Source: Spizellomyces punctatus DAOM BR117 (Eukaryota). Taken from it: a stretch of DNA of 64,000 bases. The stretch lies in the NCBI GenBank assembly GCA_000182565.2, contig KQ257463.1. One strand, given 5' to 3'. Each line of letters begins with the position of its first letter. Position 1 is the stretch's first letter. The position numbers and the translations under genes are program-made. The notes under the pieces were generated by a model. The model saw nothing but the letters and a program-made list of their open reading frames with translations, searched no databases and had not been told where the DNA came from. This document shows, piece by piece, positions 1-9,749 of this stretch.

Positions 1-85
1 CTCAACCCTAACCCTAACCCTAACCCTAACCCTAACCCTAACCCTAACCCTAACCCTAACCCTAACCCTAACCCTAACCCTAACC

Positions 86-126
<41 letters not shown>

Positions 127-255
127 CCCTAACCCTAACCCTAACCCTAACCCTAACCCTAACCCTAACCCTAACCCTAACCCTAACCCTAACCCTAACC
201 CTAACCCTAACCTAACCCTAACCCTAACCCTAACCCTAACCCTAACCCTAACCCT
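1..255 (+). repeat. Terminal telomere (CCCTAA)n, about 42 units, left chromosome end
   Basis: Near-perfect CCCTAA array at the window start, with variant units near 105-110 and 207-215. Confidence 0.97.
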
Positions 256-1129
256 GCTATGTGTCCTGGTTTCCTGCACCTGAAGCAGGCTCCCTTCTTC
301 CTGAGTTCAACCTTCTCAGCTTCAGTGAGTCTGTTGAGCTTTAGCTGGTTGGAGGTGCTGATGTTGTCAATCTCCATGGGGACCACTCCCATCTCTTGAG
401 GCTTCTGGTTCCAGTGGAACTGGGGCTGGTTGGAACCATGGGTGTGCTTCCTACTGTAGGAGTACTGGATTTGGTCCACTCTGTCTGCTACTGCTGCTGC
501 TGTGGCCAGGTTGAGAGTGGATCCTGGGTTGAGTTCCAGCTGCTCTTGAACTCTGGGCTTGAGACCTCTGATAAACTTGTCCAACTTCTCAGCCTCAGAC
601 AAGTCATCAATCTCCAAGCAGAGGGTGCTAAACTTGGTGAGATATTCTTGAACAGAGCCCATCTGCCTAAGCTTTGCTAGTTGGTCTCTTGCAGACCTCA
701 TAGCATTGGCAGGGAGGAAGTAGGCTCTGAGGGCTGTCTTGAGTTCATCCCAGGTGGTGATTCTTCCAGGCTGACCTTCAGGGTGGCTCTTCACATGACT
801 GTGCCACCAGACTTCAGCATACAGCTCCAGGTAGGTTGTGGCAACCATGAGTTGGGCTTGGGGTGACAGGTTGGTGGCTGCTTGGAAGTATTCTTCAAGT
901 CTGGTGATGTAGGTCCTAAGTTCTTGGACCTTCCTGTGCCCCTTGTAGGTCCTTAGCTTGCTCTGGAGGACTTTGACAAGGGTCTTGTCAACTCTGGCTG
1001 AGTCCTGGGGTGGGGTGCTGGTGCTGGCTGGCATGGTGAACTGCTGGAGTCTTGCTTGGTACAGTTGTTCTTTGGCTGTGGTCTCATCCAAGTCAAGGAT
1101 GGCCTGGAAGAGGGCTTGCTCCTGGGGAG
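256..1129 (-). pseudogene. gag: Ty3/gypsy (family A) gag fragment, cut by the telomere inside the zinc knuckle and by a copia LTR at about codon 2
   Basis: Capsid motifs ([36 protein letters not shown]) and [11 protein letters not shown]; aligns by eye with gag at 37269-38180. Confidence 0.9.
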
Positions 1130-1641
1130 TATTGAAACTTAGCGTTTGGAACACTGATTTCCTGTGTAGAAATCACTTCTGAAAGGCCTAGTAATGCCTG
1201 TGGCCGCTAGTAAGACTTCTGGGTGCAGTAACTTGTGGGATAACACGCTTGTATTAATCCAGAGACATTCAAAAGTCCCCTTTATATAACCCAGTACATT
1301 CTCCAGCCTCCCTCCACCTTTGTTTACTGTTTACATGCTTCAGCCCACTTGTTTACATGCTCAGCAGTGCTCAGCAGTGCTCAGCAGCTTCAGCCATGCC
1401 TTGGCAAACATTACCTGAAGATCTAGATCATCACAAACCTTCCAGACCTTCTAAGAGTGCTTACATGATGATTTACCCCTTTAAATCATTCCACACGCGT
1501 CTGTGATCATTCTGATTACTCTAAGTCCAATTCCCCACGTTGTAACTTAGCCAAATCAGATGTGAACTGTCTAATGACATCCCAGCATGATCTCACATGA
1601 TTTATAGATCATACAGCGTGGTTTAAGCCTGAATCTCAACG
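1130..1641 (-). repeat. Copia A 3' LTR (512 bp)
   Basis: Near-identical to 2133-2644 and 6047-6558; preceded on the minus strand by PPT GAGTGGGAG. Confidence 0.92.
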
Positions 1642-2132
1642 CTCCCACTCATTGAATCATCTGATTTCCGACAGAGACCCATTTTACCACAAAGTTTAAG
1701 GTGCTTTGTCTTGGGTAAAGCCTTGGTGAGAATGTCAGCCGTCATTTCTTCTGTCTGACAGTACTTGAGGCTGATTTTCTTGTCTTCTACTGCTTGTCTG
1801 ATGAAGTGGTGCCGCACATCAATGTGTTTGGTCCTTGCATGATGTGTTGGGTTGTTGGCAAGCGCTATGGCGCCCTGATTGTCACCATACAACGTTGTAG
1901 GACCACTTTGCTGATGTCCTAGCTCGCCTAGAAGTGTTCTGAACCAGATAACTTCCTTGGTAGCTTGACAAAGAGCCATGTACTCTGACTCTGTTGATGA
2001 TAGAGCAACTGTAGGTTGCCTCTTGCTTTGCCAGCTGACTGTGCTGCCGCCAATCTTGACTAAGAAGCCAGTGGTAGACTTCCTGAAGTCCAAATCACCG
2101 CCCCAATCTGCATCAGAGTATGCAGATAGCTC
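1623..2132 (-). pseudogene. Copia A RNase H fragment of a second copy, interrupted at 2132 by another copia A LTR
   Basis: SDADWGG, STTESEYMAL-like, DNQGA, RTKHIDVRHHF and ADILTK motifs; duplicates 2626-3135. Confidence 0.9.
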
Positions 2133-2644
2133 TATTGAAACTTAGCGCTTGGAACACTGATTTCCCGTGTGGAAATCACTTCTGAAAGGCCTAGTAATGC
2201 CTGTGGCCGCTAGTAAGACTTCTGGGTGCAGTAACTTGTGGGATAACACACTTGTATTAATCCAGAGACGTTCAAAAGTCCCCTTTATATAACCCAGTAC
2301 ATTCTCCAGCCTCCCTCCGCCTTTGTTTACTGTTTACATGCTTCAGCCCACTTGTTTACATGCTCAGCCGTGCTCAGCAGTGCTCAGCAGCTTCAGCCAT
2401 GCCTTGGCAAACATTACCTGAAGATCTAGATCATCACAAACCTTCCAGACCTTCTAAGAGTGCTTACATGATGATTTACCCCTTTAAATCATTCCACACG
2501 CGTCTGTGATCATTCTGATTACTCTAAGTCCAATTCCCCACGTTGCAACTTAGCCAAATCAGATGTGAACTGTCTAATGACATCCCAGCATGATCTCACA
2601 TGATTTATAGATCATACAGCGTGGTTTAAGCCTGAATCTCAACG
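2133..2644 (-). repeat. Copia A 3' LTR
   Basis: 512-bp direct repeat. Confidence 0.92.
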
Positions 2645-3954
2645 CTCCCACTCATTGAATCATCTGATTTCCGACAGAGACCCATTTTACCACAAAGTTT
2701 AAGGTGCTTTGTCTTGGGTAGAGCCTTGGTGAGAATGTCAGCTGTCATTTCTTCTGTCTGACAGTACTTGAGGCTGATTTTCTTGTCTTCTACTGCTTGT
2801 CTGATGAAGTGGTGCTGCACATCAATATGTTTGGTCCTTGCATGATGTGTTGGGTTGTTGGCAAGTGCTATGGCGCCCTGATTGTCACCATACAATGTTG
2901 TAGGACCACTTTGCTGATGTCCTAGCTCGCCTAGAAGTGTTCTGAACCAGATAACTTCCTTGGTAGCTTGACAAAGAGCCATGTACTCTGACTCTGTTGA
3001 TGATAGAGTGACTGTGGGTTGCCTCTTGCTTTGCCAGCTGACTGTGCTGCTGCCAATCTTGACTAAGAAGCCAGTGGTAGACTTCCTGAAGTCCAAATCA
3101 CCGCCCCAATCTGCATCAGAGTATGCAGATAGCTCCCACTTGCTCTGAATGCCACCCAGTTGAAGTCCTAGGTCTCTGGAGCCATTCAGGTACCGCATGA
3201 TCCATTTGACTGCTATCCAGTGCTGATGTCCGGGGTTTCCTTTGGCTACCAGTCTGGCCTTGTAGCGCTCTACAGAGCCATCTGACTTGAGTTTCAGCTT
3301 GAAAACCCACTTGCAGCCCACTGTGGATCTTCCTGGTGGTAGTTTGACTAAGTCCCATGTCTGATTCTCCATCAGAGAGTCATATTCTGCTTTGACAGCT
3401 GCCTCCCACTGTTTGGCATCATGTCTGGTCCTAGCTTCAGGCAGAATGCTGGGTTCTTCCTGTGGAACTTCCCCAATGGTGAAGGCAAAAGCCAGATTTG
3501 ACTGAGTTGGCTTTGCAATCCACCACTCTCCCGGTGGTTTGTGAAATCTGGCACTCTTCCTGCTGAGTTCTGGCACTTCCTCAGCATCCTGGAAGTCGTC
3601 CCCATCATCTTCTGATGCTGAAGAGTTGTCTGGAGTGATGCTAGATGGTCTCTGAGTCTCTTGAACCGTCCCTAGCCCTTCTTGGTCGTCCAAGAACGAA
3701 GGCTCCCCTCCCAGAGGCATCTGTAGCTCTTGGTCTTGCTGTGGTACACTCTGCAGTCGCTGCTGAGTGCTCCACATCAAGTTTTCATCAAAGATGACGT
3801 CCCTTGACATGATAACTTGGTTCATTTCAGGTACCCACAGTCTGTAGGCCTTACTCTGAGTGCTGTAGCTGACCATGACTGCCTTCTTGGCCTTCTCATC
3901 AAGTTTTGACCGCTTTTCTTTTGGAATATGAGTGTAGGCCACGCAGCCAAACAC
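2626..3954 (-). pseudogene. pol: Copia A pol 3' part: integrase tail, RT N-terminus, RT core deleted, RNase H
   Basis: FGCVAY, CKWVFKLK and YKARLVAKG fused directly to NPGHQHWIAVKWIMRYL; no YVDD motif. Confidence 0.88.
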
Positions 3955-5867
3955 TCTGAGGTGCTGGAGATCTGGTTTACTGCCTGTAAACTCTTGAATG
4001 GTGTTGATTGTTTGCTGAGTGCTGCAGTGGGGCTCCTGTTCCTGAGATAGACCACTGTCATGATTGCCTCGCCCCAGAACTTGTAGCTGAGTTCACTGTG
4101 GTGCAGCATGCACCTTCCCATTTCCACCAGCATCCTGTTCATCCTCTCAGCAACACCATTCTGCTCTGGTGTGTAGGGGGTGCTGAATTGCTGCTGAATT
4201 CCCTTCTGTTTGCAGAATTTCTTGAATTCTTCGCCCATATACTCTCCCCCATTGTCTGATCTGAGAGTTTTGATCTTCTGTCCTGTGAAGTTGGTTGCCC
4301 AGGCCTCAAACTCCTTGAATTTGCTGAGAACCTCACTCTTCTCCTTCAGAAGATAAACTGCCGTCATCCTTGACTTGTCATCAATGAATGTGACAAAGTA
4401 CTTTGCCCCACCATGACTTGGTGTCTTCATGGGCCCACACACATCACTGTGAACCACCCCCAGCAGTAGAGCCGCTCTAGCTGCTTCTCCCTTTGGAAAG
4501 GGACGCCTGGTGATCTTTCCAATGGCACAGGCTTCGCATGGTGATGTTTCTGTGTGACTCTTGACCTCCAGACCGCTTCCCAGCTGGTTCCTAGCCAAGA
4601 TTTTGATGCTGTTGACGTTCAGGTGTCCTAACCTGCGATGCCAGAGGTCCAAACTCATTCCAGAGGCTATGTTTGCATGTTCTCTTGCATGAAACATGTA
4701 TAGACCGCCCCCTAGAGTTCCCTGGATTGCTTCCTGACCGTCTGAAGTCTTGATACAGCATCCCTTGCTGCCAAACTCAACTTTGGCACCGTTTTCAGTG
4801 GCTCTTCTTACTGAAAACAAGTTCTTTTCAAGCTTGGGAACAAACCACACGTCTCTGAGGGTACAGAATCGGTTTCTGCCTGTCTCAAGTGTGATCTGGC
4901 CCTTCCCTATTGCCTGAACTGTTCTGTTGTCCGCCAGATGGACTTGAATTGGTGACATCTCCATGTAATTGGTCATCCAATCCTTCCTGTGTGACATGTG
5001 CTGTGAAGCACCCGAGTCCACAATCCACCAGACTGCTCCCTGAGAGGTTTTGGTGTCATCTCCTGACTGAGCAAAGAATAGGAACTCATTCTGAGTTGCC
5101 TGACTGGTGCTGGCTTGATTGGCTTGTTGTTTGGTGTCCGCCAGAAACTTCCTGCAGTCCTTCTTGAAGTGACCCTTCTTGTTGCAATAGAAGCACTTCC
5201 CTGCTATCTTCTTGGTCCCACCATGCTTGCCAACCTTCTGCCCACCATCCCTGCTGAAAAAGGCCTTCCCTTTGCTATCTCCTTCACTCCCAGCTTCCTT
5301 CCTGCGTGTTTCTTCATGCAAAAGCCGTGAGGTGAGGAATTCCAGCATCAGAGAATCACTCCTGGCCTCCAAAGACACCACCAGCTGTTCATAACTCTCT
5401 GGTAGGCTGTAGAGTAGGGTGATGACTTGGTCTTCTTCACTGACTGGCGCCCCAATGGCCTCCAACTGCTGAGCCATTGTCCTGACCGTGTTTATGTGTC
5501 CCAACATGCCCCCAGTGCCATCTTCCATCTTCAGAGTGAGAAATTTCCTCCTTAGATAGAGCCTACTGGCAATTCCTTTCCTTTGGTGGACGTCACTGAG
5601 CTTTAACCAGGCCTCTTTTGCAGTTACAGCGGTCTGTACATGCATGAGTTGGGCATCACTCAGTGACAGAGCAATTACTGCCATTGCCCGCTCATCCCTT
5701 CTCCTCCAATCCTTGTCAGAGGTTCCCTCCATGCTCTCATCTCCTTCAATCACACCCCACAGCCCCTTTTCCTTCAGCAACATCGTCATTTTGAACTTCC
5801 AGAGGTGGTAGTTCACACCATTGAACTTTTCCATTGTGAGTTTGGTGTCCAAGTCCGTGTTTGACAT
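3822..5867 (-). CDS. gag-pol: Copia A Gag (UBN2-type)-protease-integrase, frameshifted near 3990
   Basis: NYHLWKFKM, CFYCNKKGHFKKDC, WIVDSGASQHM, WHRRLGH, VHSDVCGP, RSDNGGEY, PEQNGVAER. Confidence 0.92.
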   Translation of the reverse strand: MSNTDLDTKLTMEKFNGVNYHLWKFKMTMLLKEKGLWGVIEGDESMEGTSDKDWRRRDERAMAVIALSLSDAQLMHVQTAVTAKEAWLKLSDVHQRKGIASRLYLRRKFLTLKMEDGTGGMLGHINTVRTMAQQLEAIGAPVSEEDQVITLLYSLPESYEQLVVSLEARSDSLMLEFLTSRLLHEETRRKEAGSEGDSKGKAFFSRDGGQKVGKHGGTKKIAGKCFYCNKKGHFKKDCRKFLADTKQQANQASTSQATQNEFLFFAQSGDDTKTSQGAVWWIVDSGASQHMSHRKDWMTNYMEMSPIQVHLADNRTVQAIGKGQITLETGRNRFCTLRDVWFVPKLEKNLFSVRRATENGAKVEFGSKGCCIKTSDGQEAIQGTLGGGLYMFHAREHANIASGMSLDLWHRRLGHLNVNSIKILARNQLGSGLEVKSHTETSPCEACAIGKITRRPFPKGEAARAALLLGVVHSDVCGPMKTPSHGGAKYFVTFIDDKSRMTAVYLLKEKSEVLSKFKEFEAWATNFTGQKIKTLRSDNGGEYMGEEFKKFCKQKGIQQQFSTPYTPEQNGVAERMNRMLVEMGRCMLHHSELSYKFWGEAIMTVVYLRNRSPTAALSKQSTPFKSLQAVNQISSTSECLAAWPTLIFQKKSGQNLMRRPRRQSWSATALRVRPTDCGYLK

Positions 5868-6034
5868 GTCTGAGCTGATTTGGTGAGTGGATTTGTTGTT
5901 GGGGAAGAGGTAAAATCGTCCTAGTATGGTAGGTGGTCCAAATATGAGGTTGGGAAGGAGATAGGTCCGTCAGGAAGATGGTGTGGCCGTCAGAAAAGAG
6001 ATTTGAAGCAGGAAAATATCAGTGATAGCTATCA

Positions 6035-6046
6035 GGGCTCATAACC
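6035..6046 (-). promoter_or_regulatory. Primer-binding site GGTTATGAGCCC (half-tRNAiMet type)
   Basis: Abuts the 5' LTR; complementary to the tRNAiMet anticodon-arm sequence GGGCUCAUAACC, as in Drosophila copia and Ty5. Confidence 0.85.
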
Positions 6047-6558
6047 TATTGAAACTTAGCGCTTGGAACACTGATTTCCCGTGTGGAAATCACTTCTGAA
6101 AGGCCTAGTAATGCCTGTGGCCGCTAGTAAGACTTCTGGGTGCAGTAACTTGTGGGATAACACACTTGTATTAATCCAGAGACGTTCAAAAGTCCCCTTT
6201 ATATAACCCAGTACATTCTCCAGCCTCCCTCCGCCTTTGTTTACTGTTTACATGCTTCAGCCCACTTGTTTACATGCTCAGCCGTGCTCAGCAGTGCTCA
6301 GCAGCTTCAGCCATGCCTTGGCAAACATTACCTGAAGATCTAGATCATCACAAACCTTCCAGACCTTCTAAGAGTGCTTACATGATGATTTACCCCTTTA
6401 AATCATTCCACACGCGTCTGTGATCATTCTGATTACTCTAAGTCCAATTCCCCACGTTGTAACTTAGCCAGAGCAGATGTGAACTGTCTAATGACATTTC
6501 AGCATGATCTCACATGATTTATAGATCATACAGCGTGGTTTAAGCCTGAATCTCAACA
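6047..6558 (-). repeat. Copia A 5' LTR
   Basis: 512-bp direct repeat, TGTTG...CAATA. Confidence 0.92.
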
Positions 6559-8248
6559 CCATGATGCCCTCAGAGTTTGGAGGCCCTACCTGGAAGGAAC
6601 ACCCTTCAAAGTTATCTCAGACCACCAGTCCCTCAAGTGGCTACAGAACCAGCCCTTCTTGACCAGAAGACAAGCCAGATGGGTCATGAACTTCCAATCT
6701 TTTGACTTTGAGATTGGTTATGGCCCAGGAAGACTCCACACAGTGGCAGACATCCTGTCTAGAAGACCAGACCTGGCCCCAAAATGCATCAAGTGCAAAG
6801 CCTTGGTGACAGCAGAGTTAAATGCCATAACTCACAGCACCAACACCCTTGAAGAGAGGTTAAAGACCAGCACCACTTTGGACCCAGAACTTCAAGAGCT
6901 TATTGAAGCATTGGATGACCCCAATGACTTACAAGCTCAAGAGCAAAGGCTGAAGCATCTTAGGCACCAAGATGGCTTACTATACTATCAAAATAGGATC
7001 TTTGTCCCAAGTGATCCAGACCTAAGGTTAAGCCTACTCCAAGAAACCCATGACACTCAGTATGCTGGACACTTTGGCATCACCAAGACCTATGATGCCC
7101 TAGCCAGGTATTACTACTGGCCAAGAATGTACAAGGACATCAAGAAGTATGTCAAGTCTTGTGATTCCTGCCAGAGAAGCAAACCTAGTCAGCAACCACC
7201 GGCAGGCCTGCTGCAGCCCCTTCCAGTACCCAAGACCAGATGGATCCAGATCTCCATTGACCTGATCCCTGACCTACCCATAACTTCCTCTGGTCACAAT
7301 TCCATCTTTGTCATTGTGGACAGATTGTCAAAGAGAGGCCACTTTATCCCCACCACCACCAGAGCCTCAGCCAAGGACCTGGCCCTGCTCTTCTTGAAGC
7401 ATATCTTCAAGCACCATGGCCTGCCAGAAGTAATTGTATCTGATAGAGACACCAAGTTCACCAGTTCATTCTGGTCCAACTTGATGCAACTCTTAGGCTG
7501 CAACACCCTCCTAGCCACTGCAAGGCACCAGCAGACCAATGGACAGGCAGAGAGAACCATCAAGACTTTGAAGATCTACCTGAGAGCTTTCCTGGAGTAC
7601 AATATGAAGAATTGGGAAGATCTTCTACCCTTTGCTGAGTTTGCCTACAACAACAGCATCTCAGAAACTACAGGCTTCACCCCATTCTACTTGGAGAATG
7701 GCCAGCACCCCAGGACCCCAACAACACCACCAGGAGAAAGCAGTAATCCTGAAGCAACAGACTTCCACCAGTACATCCAGCAACTGCTTCAAGTAGCCAA
7801 GGACAACATGATACTGGCCCAAGAAAGACAAGTTCAGCAAGCCAACAAGTCTCTCAGCAATGCCCCAAGCTACCCCATAGGCTCCAAAGTTTGGCTATCC
7901 AGAGAAGGCATCACCCCAGAAGAAGAAGCCCAGAGACCAGCCCAGAAACTTCTTCACCCCTGGCTTGGACCCTACAGAATCAAGGCCAAGGATGAATTTC
8001 AGAATTACACCCTTGAGCTCCCCAGCACCATGAAGATCCACCCAGTGTTCCATGTGAGACTCCTCAAGCCTTACCTGGACCCCACAGAGGACTTCCCTAC
8101 CAGACCAGTACCACCTGAACCTGAGCCCATCATCCAGCAAGGAGAAGAGTTTTGGGAAGTTGAGAAGATACTGGACCATAAGACCAGAAGAAAGAAGAAC
8201 CTCTACCTCATCAAGTGGAAAGGCTACCCCTCCTCTCAGAACACTTAG
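6559..8248 (+). pseudogene. pol: Gypsy A RNase H-integrase-chromodomain, stopped by the telomeric insert
   Basis: [46 protein letters not shown]...YLIKWKGY. Confidence 0.9.
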
Positions 8249-8295
8249 GGTTAGGGTTAGGGTTAGGGTTAGGGTTAGGGTTAGGGTTAGGGTTA
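8245..8295 (+). repeat. Interstitial telomeric tract (TTAGGG)8 TTA
   Basis: Perfect repeats read directly from the sequence. Confidence 0.95.
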
Positions 8296-8333
8296 CCTAG
8301 CCCAGAAGGGAGCTTAATCTTAAAGTGGGGGAG

Positions 8334-8763
8334 TGTAACAGAATTCTTCTGTTAGTTACTTTGTCTTTAGTTAGTCAGTCAGTAGTATCAGTAGTGTAGT
8401 AGTTTGGACTTAGAGATTTTCAGTGCAAGTCCATTAGTCTTAAAATGGCAGGCACATGTCTCTGAAACAAATGTTAGTAAGGAGGCAGGCCTAAAGGTTG
8501 ATTTACCTAAATTAGGCAAGTCAGAGACATGTGTCTGAAACAAATTCCCCTTACTGAGCTGCAGAAAATAATTTTTGCTGCAAAGATAAGGAGGATACAT
8601 TGTGACTCAGTAGTTTAGAAGTCTTTTCATTGGTTAGAGATAAAACTGAAGCCTTGGCATTTTTGTCTATAAAAAGGGAGTGTTCCCACACCCCCCTCTA
8701 ATAGAATAACCAAGTTTTCCCCAAGTCTTCCTAGTCTTCTTGTCCCTGCTGCCAATTGTTACA
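8334..8763 (+). repeat. Gypsy A 3' LTR (430 bp variant)
   Basis: TG...CA ends after the PPT; termini match the LTR at 32579-33069. Confidence 0.85.
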
Positions 8764-8903
8764 GGTTTGCCCAGACCGGTTGAGCTCTGTGGCTCAGCCA
8801 GTGGGGCTGTCCCCGGGACTACTGGGCTTTCCCAGCATGACCCATGCGATTGCATCCAATGCAACACCTTACGTACGTATGATTTTCATCATGATGAGGT
8901 AAT

Positions 8904-9095
8904 TGTTTGGGGGCTGACCCCTGGAGCAGCTTCACCCGGTGCCCACGGGGACCGTTTGCTGAGTCGTTGCTCCATTTCTGGCCCTTTTATACTTTATACA
9001 ATTTGGGGGCTGACCCCTGGAGCAGCTTCACCCGGTGCCCACGGGGACCATTTGCTGAGTCATCGCTCATTTTGGTCATGTATATACTTTATACA
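8904..9095. repeat. Two ~97-bp tandem units at the 3' end of the gypsy B internal region
   Basis: TTGGGGGCTGACCCCTGGAGCAGCTTCACCCGGTG... twice; also present at 18915-19105. Confidence 0.85.
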
Positions 9096-9749
9096 AAAGT
9101 GCACTTATTGCTATCTTGGTGCTAGACAAGCCTTTTACTTTTGTTGTGTCATCTATGTACTAAAGCCCTACTGAATATACATGCATACTTGGAAGCCTCT
9201 TTACGTACAAAGAACCAGTTGCTTTGTTCTTTTAAATGGGAGCGTATTTCACTTTCCCCTCTATCATTCTTACTACCCACTGTTGATAACATCTTTCTTC
9301 AAAGAATGTCTTTTCCCCACATGGACATCACAATACACCTTGGTCCACACTTGAGACTGACTGCACGTGTAAGCCCTGCATGATTTATGCCAGCACCTCA
9401 CTTATCACGTCGTGGGAATGGTTATGGAGGTGGTGACCCAGTGGGTCATTGCCTCCACAATTCCATGCACAGCGTTGTGCACTTGGGTAGGTCATTGTTC
9501 ATTTTCGATTTCTTTTGTCTTTCATGTTGTTAATCGGAGTGGACTGGATTTAGATTTTCGACCAGTCGGGGGCTTGAGAGTATCTTCAAGCCCAGTCATT
9601 CTCAACAAACCACTGAAGAACATATCATTTTTGTTCCATTTTGGGCTGTTGGGACCTTGCGCTTGGGGTTTGTGGTTGGTGTGGGTCTGTTGGGTATGCT
9701 TGTATACTTGTAATAGATGTCATCTTCGTAAATATATGTTTCACATTCT

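Larger units (their letters stand above)
2133..6558 (-). mobile_element. Ty1/copia LTR retrotransposon (copia A), internally deleted in RT
   Basis: LTRs 2133-2644 and 6047-6558, PBS, PPT, domain order gag-PR-IN-(RT)-RH; no matching TSD. Confidence 0.93.
6559..8763 (+). mobile_element. Gypsy A chromovirus 3' half (RNase H end, integrase, chromodomain, PPT, 3' LTR)
   Basis: Highly similar to 33070-34850 on the minus strand; PPT AAAGTGGGGGAG followed by LTR TGTAACA...TGTTACA. Confidence 0.92.

Noticed and set aside
1..1154. Telomere-specific non-LTR element (HeT-A/TART, SART/TRAS, MoTeR or Athena type)
   Set aside because: The adjacent sequence is an LTR-type gag broken mid-domain, with no non-LTR RT, poly(A) or element terminus at the junction
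8904..9095. Hammerhead or HDV ribozyme in the 97-bp repeats
   Set aside because: Could not find the CUGANGA/GAAA core or a consistent HDV pseudoknot pairing by eye
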